DNA of 64,000 bases, taken from assembly GCF_004010195.1 (NCBI RefSeq), contig NC_057718.1, forward strand, positions 43,921,809-43,985,808, written 5' to 3'. Within the stretch, counting starts at the first letter, position 1. Each line of letters starts with the position of its first letter. The notes beneath the pieces are model-generated. The model did not search any database. It was not told where the DNA came from and worked only from the letters and a program-made list of their open reading frames with translations. Positions 34,191-47,770 of this stretch are shown here, one piece after another. This DNA comes from Chiloscyllium plagiosum. Its lineage: Eukaryota. Made by a program: the position numbers and the translations under genes.

Positions 34191-35589
34191 CCATGAATGG
34201 ATCAGTTTTCTGTCTGTCGGTTTATAACAGTTCCTGGTGTTCTATTAGGGCTTTGAGAATACAGCAAGACTGAGCTATACTGTTAGACAGAATAGACAGC
34301 TGAAGGCAGGAAAAGCAGGTCACTGTAGAAGACCATTTAAAGGAATCAGGGAAGGGAGTGTCTGGAAATTTTGTGGCATTTGAACTCATGATCCAAGTGG
34401 AAAAAGGTTCATGGACATGTACTTTTTAAGTGTTTAATTTGTCTAAGTGGAATACAGCTGCTGGTGAATGCAACACAAAACTGAAACAATTGATGGGACA
34501 GTTACAGAGGCTGAGTTGGACCAACTGTGAGATTGCATGTGACGTCATATTTGCCCAGAAAGTAATGAGAGTGCTTGTAACTATGTCAAACACGTCTTTG
34601 CTGTATCAACTATCTAAAATGGAACTTGCTTTTTATTTGAAATGTCCTTTACCTGTTAATTGATGTTTGAATTATGTTGCTTTTAAATGGTTTATTACAA
34701 TATTTAAAAAGAATATTTTGTCCATCGGTTTTCTTTCTATTTAAAGTTATCCGTTTCCAAGGGAATTATTCCAAGCTAAATATTTATTTTTTAAAAGACA
34801 CTAACTTCCACTGTATATGAGGCCTTTCACTTCTTTTACAGATAAAAATAATTATCCCATTAGGCCCCATACTCAGAGATTACACGCAAGGTAACTGAGA
34901 GGCCCAGTCCCCTATTTCAACCACAGTATTCAAGTAAATGACTCCAATTGCTAAGGATATGTGGCAAGTGATCTTGCAGCAATAAAAATGCCTCCTGGAG
35001 GTAAATACTTGTTAAAAATCCATTTTTTTTTCTCGCTGTTTGTAACATTACAGCTGTTGTCCTTTATAAATAGTGCTAGCTTCTGTAACACAACAAATCA
35101 ATTAGAAATGAAATACAGCATGTGGTATAAACTTCAGAGAGTAAAAGAGATCATCAACCATTGAAGGATGTTTGTGAAAAGAACACTGACATGATGCTAC
35201 AAAAATAAGTCCAGCAATTTTAATGTTTAGGTGTTTAGGTTTTTGCCTGAAGCATCCTCTTTAAAAAGATTGAATTCAGTCGCCAAACTACCTGGTGTTG
35301 CCAGGCCAGAAAGAATACTTAAGGTACTTCACAGCAAGTGAATATTCAGAGCAACCGTTATCATTGGTGTCCTATAATTCAGTTAGCAAACCTTAATGTG
35401 AAAAATAGGGAATTTCTTCCTGCTTTGATGATTGATTTTAAACAAAATGCCTCCCAACTGTGCTTCTCTATTTTCTTTCTCGACTTCAGCTCAATTGCAG
35501 CACTTCTGCCTGTGAGTAGTCAAGACCAACTCGAAAAGACTTGTGCACATAATCTAAACTGACATGGTGTAACAATGTAACAGTGAGTC

Positions 35590-35890
35590 AATGCTACAGC
35601 ATTGAATGTGCTGGCTTTTCAAATGAGACGTTTTACCTAGGAATTGTCTTGTTTCTCAGGTAAATGTGGATTCCTTTCACTATTGGGAAAAGGAAAAGGA
35701 GAATTCTCTTAACCAAATTTTAATCCTTTAATGAGAACCAAAACAAATTATCTCTATTTTTCATGTAGTTGTTCATAGACCTTGCTGACTGTAATTTGGA
35801 TGCCATGTTCACTTGCATACAGTAGTGACACACTTCAAAAGTATTTCATTTGATGTTAATTGCTTTGGAACGTCTTAAGAATGCAAAATG
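35590..35890 (+). mobile_element. Ancient Deu-domain SINE (SacSINE1/AmnSINE1-like)
   Basis: tttcaaatgagacgtttta...ctcaggtaaatgt...gaccttgctg...ttggatgccatgtt...cagtagtgacacacttcaaaagtatttcatt...gctttggaacgtc resembles the DeuSINE consensus as I recall it. Confidence 0.6.
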
Positions 35891-37019
35891 TGTAAAAGCA
35901 ATTCCTTCAGTTTGATCTTTACCAAAGCTTGCTCTTGTGGCTCTTGTTCAAAACCTCTCTCTATTTTTATCTTCTTGGAATCACAGCCAGCAGGATTGGC
36001 ATGCCAGAAACCCCTGGTCAAGCATCTGGAACCAGATACTTCCCAAGACAATGGGAGACAGCTGTATTTTTGATTACAAAGACAGGCAATTATCAAATTG
36101 TCTTATTTTAAGCATTTTAACTACTTTTTATTCTCAATGTCTTTTATAATTTGGCTTTGAAACACAACATTGAAATGTCACCTTTTCAAACCCTCTGTAC
36201 AGAAAAATAATCGAATAAATTCCATGATATGACATATTTCCACTCCCACAGTTTCAGTTGCATACTTAACTCAGCATCTTGCTACATCTGTCGATTCTTC
36301 TTGACCCCAGGAACCCACAGATTTCATGGAATCTGTCCAGGTATTCTGGAACTTGTATGCCTGATGTCTCTGATCTCACTCATCAACTATAATTTTATGT
36401 ATTATACAGCCAACTACGTCTGCTTAGCCTGCTGGGAATTGACTTACCAGCATGGACTCTGCACACGGACCACTCTATAGTCTTTGAGCAGTATGGAAGT
36501 ACTGCTCTAGTGTTCTAATACAGACAACATACATGTATGTATTGACTACTGAAGTGAGACAACTGACCTACTGGACAGTGTGCCCCATCTTCATAAGACT
36601 GGTATACAACTACTTTCTTGTGTGTCTCTATTGAAGAAAAGACTACTCCATCCTATGCCAGATATGACACAAACTTGCTTCCTGAAAATCCAATACAAAG
36701 AAACACAATCTCCCTTGGTTTCAGTTTTTTTGATGTGAGGGGAAAGTTTTCTATCTAACCTTTCCTAAGCCTTGTGACATGGTTGACCATCTGCATCTCC
36801 TACAACCAACAATAGATTTTCTGGTCATTATGATAATGTTATTGTTGTGGATTTTCCATTCACAGTATGACTGCCACGCTTCTGACAATGTGTCTTGCTA
36901 TTCTTGTTATGAACCAGACCAATATCTCCTTCAAATATATCAAGGAGATAGACTCTACCCTAACTTTTTCTTATTTGAAGTTAAGTGTAAAATGCTGTGT
37001 TCCAGATGTAATTCAATTA

Positions 37020-37535
37020 GGTACATGACTCGATTTTAAGAGAAACAGTTGAAATACAAACAAAAGAAAGAAGAATTGGTCTAACTAACTCTCTTGGAGA
37101 ACTTAACAGAATAATAAATTATTTAACAACCAAACAGCAACTAATATAGTAACATCCCATAAACTGTTCTCTGCAAAGGCAAAGTCAGCAAAACAGATTG
37201 TCTCACATGCGGTGTTTCTCCAGTCCAGGAGGAAAGAACATCCAGAAAAAATTCTTGCAGAGAAAGAGAACCCAAGCTAGTAGCATGTAGCAACTTCCAC
37301 AACCAGCTTAAAAGTCCCAACAGCTACTGAAAGCTAAACTAAAACCCTGGTTCTGTGGGAGCTTAACTCCACCCATTCATGCTGCTTCTATTGTTCCAAC
37401 TTGTAAAAAAAACTCCAAGGACACCCAAGCTGTTTACTTTACTGGCTTGGAACACTCCATTCAGCACCTCTGTCTCAATCTTTCTTCATAAAAATAAGCA
37501 GAAAATATACCTCTTAGAGCCATAGCATTGTCACA
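37020..37535 (-). mobile_element. Probable LTR fragment or solo LTR
   Basis: Right end ...ctcttagagccatagcattgtcaca (reverse TGTGACAATGCTATGG). Left boundary and TSD not resolved. Confidence 0.4.
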
Positions 37536-37654
37536 CTCTTCAAGAATACACAATTAGCTGCAAAAAGCGCTTTGAGCTATTCCAAAGTAATAAAAGAAAT
37601 TTTACAAATGCAAGTTCTATCTTTCTTTATAATTCAAATGCCAGAAATGAACTG

Positions 37655-38125
37655 TCAGTTGGCTTGGATGACTACAGCTCCAACACATTCAAGAAGCTTG
37701 ACATTGTCCAAAGCAAAGCAACCCACATGATTGGCACCTCAGCCACAAACATTCACTCACTTCACCATGGACACAGAATAGTGTGTAGCATCTGCAAGAT
37801 ACACTGCAGAACTTCACCAAGACCCCTTGGTTAGCACTTCCGAACCTAAGATCACTACACCTAGAAAGACAGGGGAGCACCATCACCTGCAATTTCCCCT
37901 TCAAGCTGCTCATCATCCTGATTTGGAACCATATCACCATTCCTTCAGTGTCACTGAATCAACCTACTGGAAATCCCTCCCTGATAGTGTTGTGGGTCCA
38001 CTTGCATCAAAATGGACTGCAATGATTCAAGAAGGAACCACATCCTCAAGGACAATTAGCAGTGGGCAACAAGTGATGGACCAGCTAGCAATGGTCACAT
38101 TCTATGAATGAATAAATAAAAATGA
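37655..38125 (+). mobile_element. Non-LTR retrotransposon 3' fragment
   Basis: tggatgactacagctccaacacattcaagaagcttgacattgtcca matches 5874-5920; tail tgaatgaataaataaaaa. Confidence 0.8.
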
Positions 38126-39614
38126 GCCAAAGATCTTTTGACAGCATCTTCCAAGCCCATGATCTCTGCCACTTAAAAAAAGGAGATGGCAGCAGTTACA
38201 TGGGAACTGCATTACCTATGCCAATGCTGAATTATATTCACCATTCCTTAAATGTCCCTGCGCTGAAAACCTGAAACCCCTTCTAAGCAGCACAGTGAAC
38301 TGCAGTGATTTAAAATAAAATAGCTCACCATACACCTTCTCCAGGGTAAGTAGGGATAGGCAGCAGCTGGACCAAGTAAAAACCTCACATCATAGGGACC
38401 TTGTTTTAAAAAATGCAGGTAAACTATCTTATACTGGTGGGCACGTAATGGAGGCAGTCTGATCGCTGAGCCCAGGATGGAAGGGGTGAATGGTGGGTGA
38501 GCTGGAGGGAGCACTGGTGAGGAAAAGCAAGTCGATCTGATCCTGACATTTTGGTGACATGGTTCAATCTCCAACTGATGATGGTGTGTGGGAGGCAGTC
38601 TGGTGGGAGGTTGGTTGTGACAGTTGGAAAGTTTGTAGGGGCAGGGAAAAGCATTTAGCATATCATAAAGTTGTACTCATCTCCTCAGCTCCCTTCAACT
38701 CTCCATTTTTCTGAGGCATGGCCATTGTAAAACCAGCAGATTAACAGAGCTGTAAGCCTCATTAAAAATATTTTCTTGGCCAATCCATTTCAGAAAAGGT
38801 CTAGTTGCTTGCCTCTGCTTTACACCAGGCAGTAGGTAAGTGGGAGGTGGATCATGGTTGGGTTCTGAATGATTAACATTTTACTCAACTACAGGCTACC
38901 TGATTCAAAGAATTGCAATTCAATCATTGTTTTCTGTTCATTTTAAAGGTAATTCTTTTCCACCTCCTTCTTTATTCATGCAACTCAGTATAAAAGGCAA
39001 TTTCTGTGAATGTTTACAAGTTTAGAGTCCGGTCTTAAATATTCTTTTAAATGTAAATGAGTAAAGGGACAATCATAAAAACTACATGTCAGTCAGCTAA
39101 ATGTTGGTGATTTTGCCCTGACCATTATTTCAAGCTGAACACTCCCCTACTCATTCTCCTCAGATTTCAGAGAAGTCTGACTGTGGTATTTTGGAGACCA
39201 GCATGGATCATCCATTTTGTGTGTCAGCCTCCAATCTGATCCATGTCCCTTATGGGTCAGCAAAGTTGGAATTGCCAGCTTAGAGTAGCCTGTCCCTGCT
39301 CAGACGATCAGCTTTGTAGCAGAATGGGAATTCCAACTGTCAGGATCCAAAATTACAGGGAAACTCAGGCAACATGCCTTTACTATAACTGGTTTCCACA
39401 GGAAATCAATGGCATTCCTCACTCATGTCCTGTGATGCCATTATGCTGTTGTGAAATTTGACAGAGACTCTTAAGCTCTTTCTCAGAAGAAAATGATGAC
39501 AAGCATTCAAATTAGCAGTCAACTTTGCAATTTTGGCAGAACACTCCTTCTCTTCAGACCGGTCAAGGAAGTTATCTCTTCAAAGACTATCCAGTTCTAT
39601 TGCAGTTAACCATG

Positions 39615-39868
39615 CGAACCAAAGTAGAAAATGTGGGAGAAACTCAGCAGGTCTGGCAGTATCTGTGGAGAGAGAAACAGAGTAACATTTCAAGTTCAGT
39701 TGGACTGTTTGTTGCAATTGAAACTTCTTTGGCAGTTCTGATGAAGCATCATACTGTATTCGAAATGTTAACTGACTTTGTCTCCACAGATGCTGCAGAT
39801 GTGAGGAGTTTCTCCAGGTGTTCTGGTTTTATTTCAGATTTGCAGTATCCACAGTATTTTGCTTTTAT
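39615..39868. mobile_element. Old inverted pair of PLE termini
   Basis: ggagaaactcagcaggtctggcagtatctgtggaga is inverted relative to tctccacagatgctgcagatgtgaggagtttctcc. Core ctgatgaagcatcatactgtattcgaaatgtt at 39738. Confidence 0.7.
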
Positions 39869-42800
39869 CACTGAGGACTTAAATTGTTTTAACATGGCAA
39901 TCTGGTCAGATATGACCAGATATGATTGCCTTGGCTTGTGTATGACAATGCCTCCATCTTGAGCATCAATAACGTAAAGCACATCTGCTTTGAATCTGCT
40001 CTGAATCTCCTCTTTCTTCAGAATCTACCAATACAGTAATGTAGCCAATGATATTTCCTTTTTTTCCCGGACTTAACCAAAAAATGCTTAATGAAATAAA
40101 GTGAGTTTGAATGAAATAACAAATTATTGCTTTGTGCCTTTACTTCTAAGGAATAGGCATGAATTCGGCCTCGATCATTTTTCTATATGTCTCAGAAGTC
40201 TAAGTATAGGTAATCTTATCAAGCTCTCTGTGAGAACAAATTCACAGAAAAAACACTGAGACACATTGTTGAACTAGAACAGAAGAAACATTATTTTTTC
40301 TCTAACCTACACTAGAGTGGACTTTGGAGTATTTTCTGCTATTGCTGAAAAGATAAATATACATGTAGATATGGAGTTCTTTTCTGCTAACCAGCATCCC
40401 GAACTATGACACAAAATACGCTAAAACTAAAAATACTAAAATAATTTATCTGAGTTAATCAATTCTTTTCTTTCAGAGAAATCTTCTATCCTCTTTTTTC
40501 TTATGTATTTTCCAGTAATTGTGTATCTTACAGTATTGAAGTACCCTTTGTGTGACCTCTTTGGTAGTTTAAGCTGCAACAACTCATTGGCTAAATAGGT
40601 TTTGGTTCATGCATCCTTTCAGTTAATGAACTGAAAATATAGTAATACCGATTAACACATAAAATTGTATCAAAAAGGCATATGCCATATGGCTGAATAT
40701 GTGTGTTTAGGGGGAGTTAAATTAGCACTGGGAGATATAACATACTCTATAAAGAAAATCACTTACCTTACCTTTTTCACAATCCATAACAAAATGATTA
40801 ATAAATGAGCCGATATAAATGTGAGCAAACTGGGAGCTTTAAATAATTGCATCCCAGTCCATTTTATGTTAATGCACATTCAACTATAATGTATCATTTT
40901 CTGCATTTAAAAGTATCGTCAGCATAATTCAGGTTTCGGTAGGCTAATTTAAATTGAAGAAAAGTTATTGAGCATTGCAAATGGTATGAGTTTTTAAGCA
41001 TACTAAGGGGTATATTTTTCTCTGAACAAAGTTAAATACATCTTCCACTAAACCTGAAAGTTTTATGTTGATAATTTAGTTTTAAAAAAGTTCTTTACCT
41101 TTACATGAGCAAAATAGGTCCCCAAGTGAAGGCATAAATGTTGCACTTCATGCAACACACTTTATATGAAATAATTTGTACATACTCTAGTAGAACAGTG
41201 AATTTCTTTTATCAGTCAATCTTTTATAAATTGCAGATTGATCAAAAAAGAAGCCTCAGCTCTGCAAATGGTTGAACTGTGGAGTAGTAAGTTTAAGGCA
41301 CCTTTGTATATTTATGAGCAAGAAACCTTTGGACAAATGGTCTTGATGTATGTTGGTGTAGACAGCAGAAAGGAATATTGTAAAATGTTCAAGTGAAGAA
41401 GAAAGGCATATATAAGCATATGAATTTTAAGTATACAGAATGGGCTTCAGTTCTTCAAGTGTTTTCCAGTTTTAGTGAAGTCTGGTCAAACCTGCTCTTG
41501 TTACATCAAAGAATTGTACAAAAACCTAAAAGAAAATGAAGGAACATGAAAGGGCATAGTTTAAACTGATTAGTGACAGTATTGATATACCTGAGGTAGA
41601 AAGAAAACATTTCACAGCATCCTTGCTTTTAATATTAACAGGGAGCTTTCTACACTGCAGTATTTTAAATTGTCATCTTTCTAACAGTTTTCATTCCTTG
41701 TGAGTATTTTAACTTTTTGTGTATAAAGCTGCAGTATCCCAAGTTATCAGAGATTTTATTTTTCTGAAGCCTTAGGAGAAGTTAATGATATCTGCTTATT
41801 TTAAAAATAGGATTACAATTCCAAGTTTTCCAATTGAAATAGATTTTTGGAACATTTGACATGCTTTTCAAGGACTTCCTCTTTAAACCTTTAGGCTTCT
41901 GACAGTTAAAAGAGAGGATCAGAATTCTGAATCAGCATGTATATAAGCAAAGAAAAATTCTGATCTCTGTCCTAACTTTTTGTGAATATATTTAGATTAA
42001 ATTGAATTGACAGAGTATTTTTCACAGGTGTTTGTGTCTTTCCTAATATTCCCTACATTGGGACACTATTGGGACCCTGTCCTGACACCTTAAGAAGTGA
42101 CAAATGTACATTTTTCCCTTATCCAGATATCAAGATGTGCCTCACAGTTTCAGTTTCAGGGACTGGTTCAGATAACTAAATTAAACATCAGATCATGCAT
42201 CTTCTGTTAGTTTTAAGACATTTTTTCTAAATCAAGGGCTAATCTTTTGGCTTAGCAGCTGTTTTACTTCCAGATCTGTCAGTGTCTATTATTTATCTAT
42301 GTACAGTGCACTTTTGGTAAACTGAAGGCAGCATTTTTTTGGGAAGTGAGAAATATTTGCATGATTTTAAAATTGCCATGTCTGCTTACATATAATGTTA
42401 AAGAAAGACGTGACCACTTATCAAATGATGCACAAAAAAAATCATAGTTTGAAGTAAATTTGTTGATAAATTTGGAATTTTATCTTTTTCTCCTTTTTGT
42501 GGTCTTTTTTTCCCATTTTTATTTATTTTTCCCTATTTCCATAATTTTACCTGCAGCAACTATCTTCCCCTCATCTGCACTCCCCCTTGTCTTCTTGGGC
42601 ATGTTGAAGCAGGAAGTAAAAGGGAAGGATTGGTATGAGGGAAGAGGATTGGACTAGAAAGCAAGAGGTTCATGAACAATCGATCTCTATCTTGCAATTC
42701 ATGCTAGACAGTAAGATGTGGAATAAGGATTGTGAAAATTAAAATAAGGCATATTGTAAGAGCATATCGTCCTCCTGAATGCTTCAGGTGATGCATGATG

Positions 42801-42933
42801 CCATAGGTTCTGCTGCAGCCAGCACCATGATGGAGATTATCACCTCCTTTATAAACTTTGGCGATTGCAGATATACCTGAGATTGTATTTATTGGAGTTT
42901 AGAAGAATGAAAGGAGGCCTGAATGAAGCATAG

Positions 42934-43153
42934 GAGAAAGTGAGGTCTGCAGATGCTGGAGATCAGAGATGGAAATGTGTTGCTGGAAAAGCGCAGCAGG
43001 TCAGGCAGCATCTAGGGAACAGGAGAATCGACGTTTCGGGCATTAGCCCTTCTTCAGGATTCCTGAAGAAGGGCTAATGCCCGAAACGTCGATTCTCCTG
43101 TTCCCTAGATGCTGCCTGACCTGCTGCGCTTTTCCAGCAACACATTTCCATCT
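42934..43153. mobile_element. Palindromic PLE mini-insertion (two termini back-to-back) with 15-bp TSD
   Basis: Perfect inverted repeat 42963-43157 centred on 43060. TSD ctgaatgaagcatag at 42919-42933 and 43154-43168. Confidence 0.93.
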
Positions 43154-43270
43154 CTGAATGAAGCATAGTAGATTCTTAATGGCCTTGACTGTTTACATAG
43201 GAAAGGATTGGATCCCCTTTGGGGGTTATAGGATCAGACAGCATAATCTCAGAATAAGGAGTTGCCCATT

Positions 43271-43515
43271 CTTTGATTTGATTTGATTTATTATTGTCGC
43301 ATGTACCTAGGGTCAGTGAAAAGTTTTGTTTTGTATACAGTACAGGCAGATCATACCATACAAAGTGTGTAGGGTAATAGAACAGAGTGGGGAATTTAAT
43401 GTTAAGGCTGCAGAGAAAGCACACAAACAGCAGTTTCAGTGTTAAGTTTAAAATTTGAGAGGTTTATTCAGGAATCTAATAACAGTGGGGAAGAATCGGT
43501 TCTTAAATCTATGCA
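43271..43515 (-). mobile_element. LINE 3' end with (CAAAT)n tail, Rex1/Babar-like
   Basis: tttgatttgatttgatttattattgtcgcatgtac tail; inner end gtggggaagaatcggttcttaaatct. Confidence 0.55.
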
Positions 43516-44299
43516 TTTAAGAATTTAAAACAGAGATGAAGGTAACCACAGAGGTTTTTCACAGAGGATAGTCAGTTTGTGGAATTCTTTAATGCAGAGG
43601 CTATTGTTGCTGGGTCATTAAGGATATTCAAGGCAGTGATAGGCAGATTTTTGATCTGTAAAAGAATCAAGAATTATTATGATAAGGGAGGAGTTGAGGA
43701 TTCTCAGATTAGCCATGATCTCATTCAATGGCGGAGGAAACTCGATGAGCTGAATGGCCTACTTCCGCTTCTACATTGTATGATCTTATGGTCTATCTTC
43801 CACTGTTTCTGTACTTCTCCCTTTTGCTTTTGACAAGTTTGACCAAAAGAGAAAGGAAGAATATCATTGCATTTGAATTGTAGCTGAATCATGACAGTCA
43901 GCAACAGGTGAGGTTGGACCTGAACTAATGGAAGGTGCGTGAAGCAGATTATCTGAATATTAGGCCTGAGTCCTGAATGCTAATGGGTAAGCATTGAGGG
44001 TGTGGTGCACCGAGCAGCATGAAATTACATCAATGCAGTCTTTGCTGCTAGACGTGCAATACTAACCTATTGGAGTTTGCTTCATAACCAGCTGCTCCCA
44101 CTCACTTTGGAGGGATTTCCTTGAGGGCTTCTTCCCCCAGAATAAACATGGTTTCTCTTCTTCTCTTGATCTCCATGACCAAGACTGCCTGCGTTTGAGA
44201 ACGTGGGAGTTGTCTCTCTGCTCTGATGTCTTGATTCTACTTGTGTTACTGGAGTCAGCAAAGCCTATGGAATATGAGTACAGCTTCACATTAAGATTT

Positions 44300-45063
44300 T
44301 GAGCTGAATTTTAGCCGAAATGTGTCAGTTTTGGTGGGTTTCATGAAGAATTTCTTGCTGGTAGCCCTAACAAGTTATCTCACACTATCTGTCCAAACTT
44401 GTCTCATTACATAGGCACCATTCTCCATGGTGCCCCGATGGTCATGTTGTCCAATGCACCACAGGCAGGCGTATTTTAAACTACAATGACCTCCCAGGAT
44501 TCCTGGCACTGTCACCATCTTTAGAGGCCAGCTTTTCAAGCCTTAGCAATCCACAGTTGCCTTGCATGGTTCTTGTCAATTGCCCCAGACATGTTGGAAA
44601 GAGGGGAATTGCCCCTTGCTTTGCCAAGAGGGATTTGGAGGTTCTGGCATGTGAAAGGGTGGATAGAGTTGCTTCCCAATGAACATGCCCTGAGATATTG
44701 GTGCCTGGTTACCAAGATGGAGGCTCCAGAAGAGCAAGCAATGAGATGGAATTGCCAGATTGCTGCTCTGACATTCACATCAGGAATTGTCACTGTTTAG
44801 TTTGTATTGAAAGTGAGGGAGAATGGCAAACTTCATATCTATCAGGTGAGAGGGTATAATAATGAGGATGTTAATGCATCCTAATGTATGCAAATAGGCC
44901 TTGCACTATTCACTCACCAGAACCTTATCTTGTTTAACATGATTAGAAAATAGGACTTCTTGATCTTGACATTGAGAAGCTCCTCAGTGTCCATGTCACT
45001 TGGTGGTTTTTCCAACTTTCTCACCATTGCCCATATTATTCAGTCAGTGGGAAGATTGTACTC
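44300..45063. mobile_element. Non-autonomous Harbinger-like DNA element
   Basis: Left end gagctgaattttagc resembles the reverse complement of the 52597 end (gggctgaatcttac). Subterminal block resembles 13478-13540 in reverse. Right end ggaagattgtactc. Confidence 0.45.
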
Positions 45064-45139
45064 TGTATTTAGGAATTAGAAGTTAGTTGTAATACATGTA
45101 CTTGCTTGCAGGTTGTTGGACCCTCTGTTGAGCATTCAT

Positions 45140-45480
45140 AACAACATAGGATTGAGAACAGAAATATGTCATTTGGTTCTTCAAACCTGCCCCTCCATTC
45201 AATGAGATCATATCTCATCTGGTGGCCATTTCATTTTCACTTTCCTATCTGCAATCCATTATGCTTGATTCCCTTCTCCATCAAAAAATCTACTGCAATT
45301 TTGAATAAATTTAAGTTACCAGCCTGCATTGCATTATATAGAAGAGAATTGCACACACGAATAACTTTCAGAAATGACAAAATGTCATTCTTTCTTAAAG
45401 GGGAAATTTCTTATTAGTAAAATATGTCCCCTGGTTTTAGTTTCCAAGACAATTTGATATACGCTCTTGGTATCCCCAGT
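45140..45480 (-). mobile_element. CR1-like LINE 3' fragment
   Basis: cataacaacataggattgagaacagaaatatgtcatttggttcttcaaacctgcccctccattcaatgagatcat is a reverse CR1 3' UTR. Confidence 0.6.
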
Positions 45481-45999
45481 ATCAAGTGTTATAATCTAGC
45501 AAGGTCTGGCCAAGATAGCCAAGACCAAATAGAACTCAGGAATAGGTGATAGCTATCTATTAATTGAATTGTGAGTACATGTATATTGTATGTATGATGC
45601 AGTGGTAGTCTCCCTACTTTTGAACCAACAATCAAGTTCCATCCCATCTGCTCCGGAGGTCTGTAATAACAATTGTAAACAGGTTGTTCTGAAAATATCT
45701 ATGCACTTAATATCATGTGTATATGAAGGTTCTTGTGGTACCCTGGTAATGGCCTTACTCAAAGACACAAGTTCAAGTCCCACCTGCGTCAGACATATGT
45801 CATTATATGTCTAAACAGGTATATTAAAATAGGGAGAAAACATCATCATCAATAATGTTGGACTTACAGCATTAAAACTCTCTAGGAAAGGAGTCTATCT
45901 AACCAGCATTTTAAACTGGTATTTAACATCCAGGTCCCTCAAGAGCTTACATTTAAATAAGATCAGCTGTTATTCTTCTAAACACTAAGCACTGGTATA

Positions 46000-46270
46000 A
46001 CTGACCTGCTCAACCTCTCTTCATTAGATTACCCTTTCATCCCAGGAATGTGGTGAGGGAACCTTCTGGGAACTGCTTCTAAAGCTATTATATTTTTTTC
46101 CATAAAGAGTAAAAACTGTACACAGTACTGCAGATGTGGTTTCAATGATGTTCTGTACAACTGTAGTAAAATTTCTATATTCCATTCCACCCACAATAAA
46201 TGACAACATACCATTTGACATGTAATCACTTTTGTATCCACATTCTAACTTTACATGATTCAACTAGGAA
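46000..46270 (-). mobile_element. CR1-like LINE fragment
   Basis: Minus ORF 46029-46241 reads LLQLYRTSLKPHLQYCVQF...IIALEAVPRRF (CR1 motif RPHLEYCVQF). Confidence 0.8.
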
Positions 46271-46753
46271 GCAGCTGGTCCCAACTGGCTAATGCTCTAA
46301 GCATTCAAATGAAAGGCAGCATAAATATTGTGTGCTGCCAGCCTCAAGTGAATTACATGCAGGCAGATCTGAATGCATGATACCCCCAGGCCTGAAAACA
46401 AGGAGGAAACTACAGTTTAAAATATTGCTGAAAAGAGAACCATTTGCTGAAACTTTTGTGTCTTCCTCTCATCAGGACAAACACAAGAATTCTAAATTTA
46501 AAGCAATCACAATAACTGATACCACAGGAAAAAAAAATGATACTGGGTGTTTGGAAACTTGTCTCTGACCAAGGATCTGCCATGCAGCAAGCAGTCATGG
46601 CAACTATGGGCTCTCCAAGCCCCAAAAAGTGCATATTCCTTTTGTTTGTGGAGAACACATCCCTATGTATGAATGTATGTTATTTCTAGTAAGTTTAATA
46701 AGCCATTCCAAGCTAGTCTGTTTATATAATTTCATTGTTAATGTAGCAATTAT

Positions 46754-47100
46754 GGGAGGTGTTGGTATAGCCATATTGTCACTAAACGAGTAATGCGGAG
46801 ACCAAGAGAATGGCTAAGGGACCATTCTTTGAAGCTTACCATGGCAGATTTTTTAAAATTTGAGAGAGTCGTAGTCATGGAGTCTTACAGCAGAGAGACA
46901 GACTCTTCGGCCCAATACATGCATGCTGAACGGGTTACCTAAACTGAACTCATCCTATTTCCTGCCTGATAACCATAAAACTATTGCTAATTGTTGCAAA
47001 AACTCACCCGCGTCACTGAAAGGCCTTTTTGTTTAATCTGGCCTGCCCTACATGTGTTTCAAGGCCCATAGTAATATGGTCATTATTTATATGCCCTCAA
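46754..47100 (+). mobile_element. Decayed tRNA-like SINE (same family as 59080-59310) with a nested CR1-tail fragment
   Basis: cttaccatggcag...gataaccataaaactattgctaattgttgcaaaaactcacc...tctggcct; insert 46865-46965. Confidence 0.5.
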
Positions 47101-47124
47101 TTGTTTCAAAGGAATAAAACTGGA

Positions 47125-47770
47125 AGAACCACCTGGTATCAATGGAGGAGTTGGAAACGACAGCAGCAAACTCAGCTCTTTCCACCCTGCAAAGCATTGC
47201 TTACTAAAAACATTTGGACAGCTGGCTCACAGATGAATCAAGCAACATGTACCTTAACTTCCAAAACATCAGTATTCTTGTTTATGTCCTTTTTCCACCG
47301 GTAGGACAGGCCCAGCAGAGGTGGTGCTAGAGTGGTACAGTTGGGATAGAGTTGGTCTGGGAGTCCTTAATATTGATTCCGGACCTCATGAAGCCTCATG
47401 GCTTCAGGTTAAACTTGGGCATGGTGTTTTCCTACCGATTAACAACTCAGCTGATGACTCAGCAATCCTCCATAACACCAATTGGAGGAGGCACTGAGGG
47501 TGGAATGGCACAGAATGTATGCTTTATGGGGGACTACAGGGTCCACCAGCAACAGCGGCAGAGCAGTTCCACTACTGCCCAAGCTGGTGAAGTATTAAAT
47601 GACACATAGAGCCTCATTGGGTATGTGGTAGGTGATGAAGGAAGGAACAAGGACAAGAAGCACATTTGACCTCATCTTCATCAATTTACCCACCGCAGAT
47701 GCATCTGTCTATAAGAGCATCTGCAGGAGTGACCATCACATTGACCTTGTGAAGATAATGTCCAATTTTC
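47125..47770 (+). mobile_element. Non-LTR retrotransposon 5'/endonuclease-region fragment
   Basis: acaggcccagcagaggtggtg; atgggggactacagggtccacc (G-D-x-x-V-H); atttgacctcatcttcatcaat (L/FDL motif); gagtgaccatc (SDH). These are apurinic endonuclease motifs. Confidence 0.6.

Larger units (their letters stand above)
42860..43795 (+). mobile_element. CR1-like LINE 3' end, interrupted by a PLE palindrome and a second LINE tail
   Basis: ttggagtttagaagaatgaaaggaggcctgaatgaagca (LEFRRMKGGLNEA); ttgtggaattcttta (LWNSL); typical 3' UTR. Confidence 0.8.

Noticed and set aside
38248..38661. 137-aa minus-strand ORF in GC-richer tract
   Set aside because: Low-complexity Pro/His/Leu translation of what looks like decayed repeat sequence; no domain recognised.
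39525..39962. 145-aa ORF
   Set aside because: Reads through an inverted pair of non-coding PLE termini.
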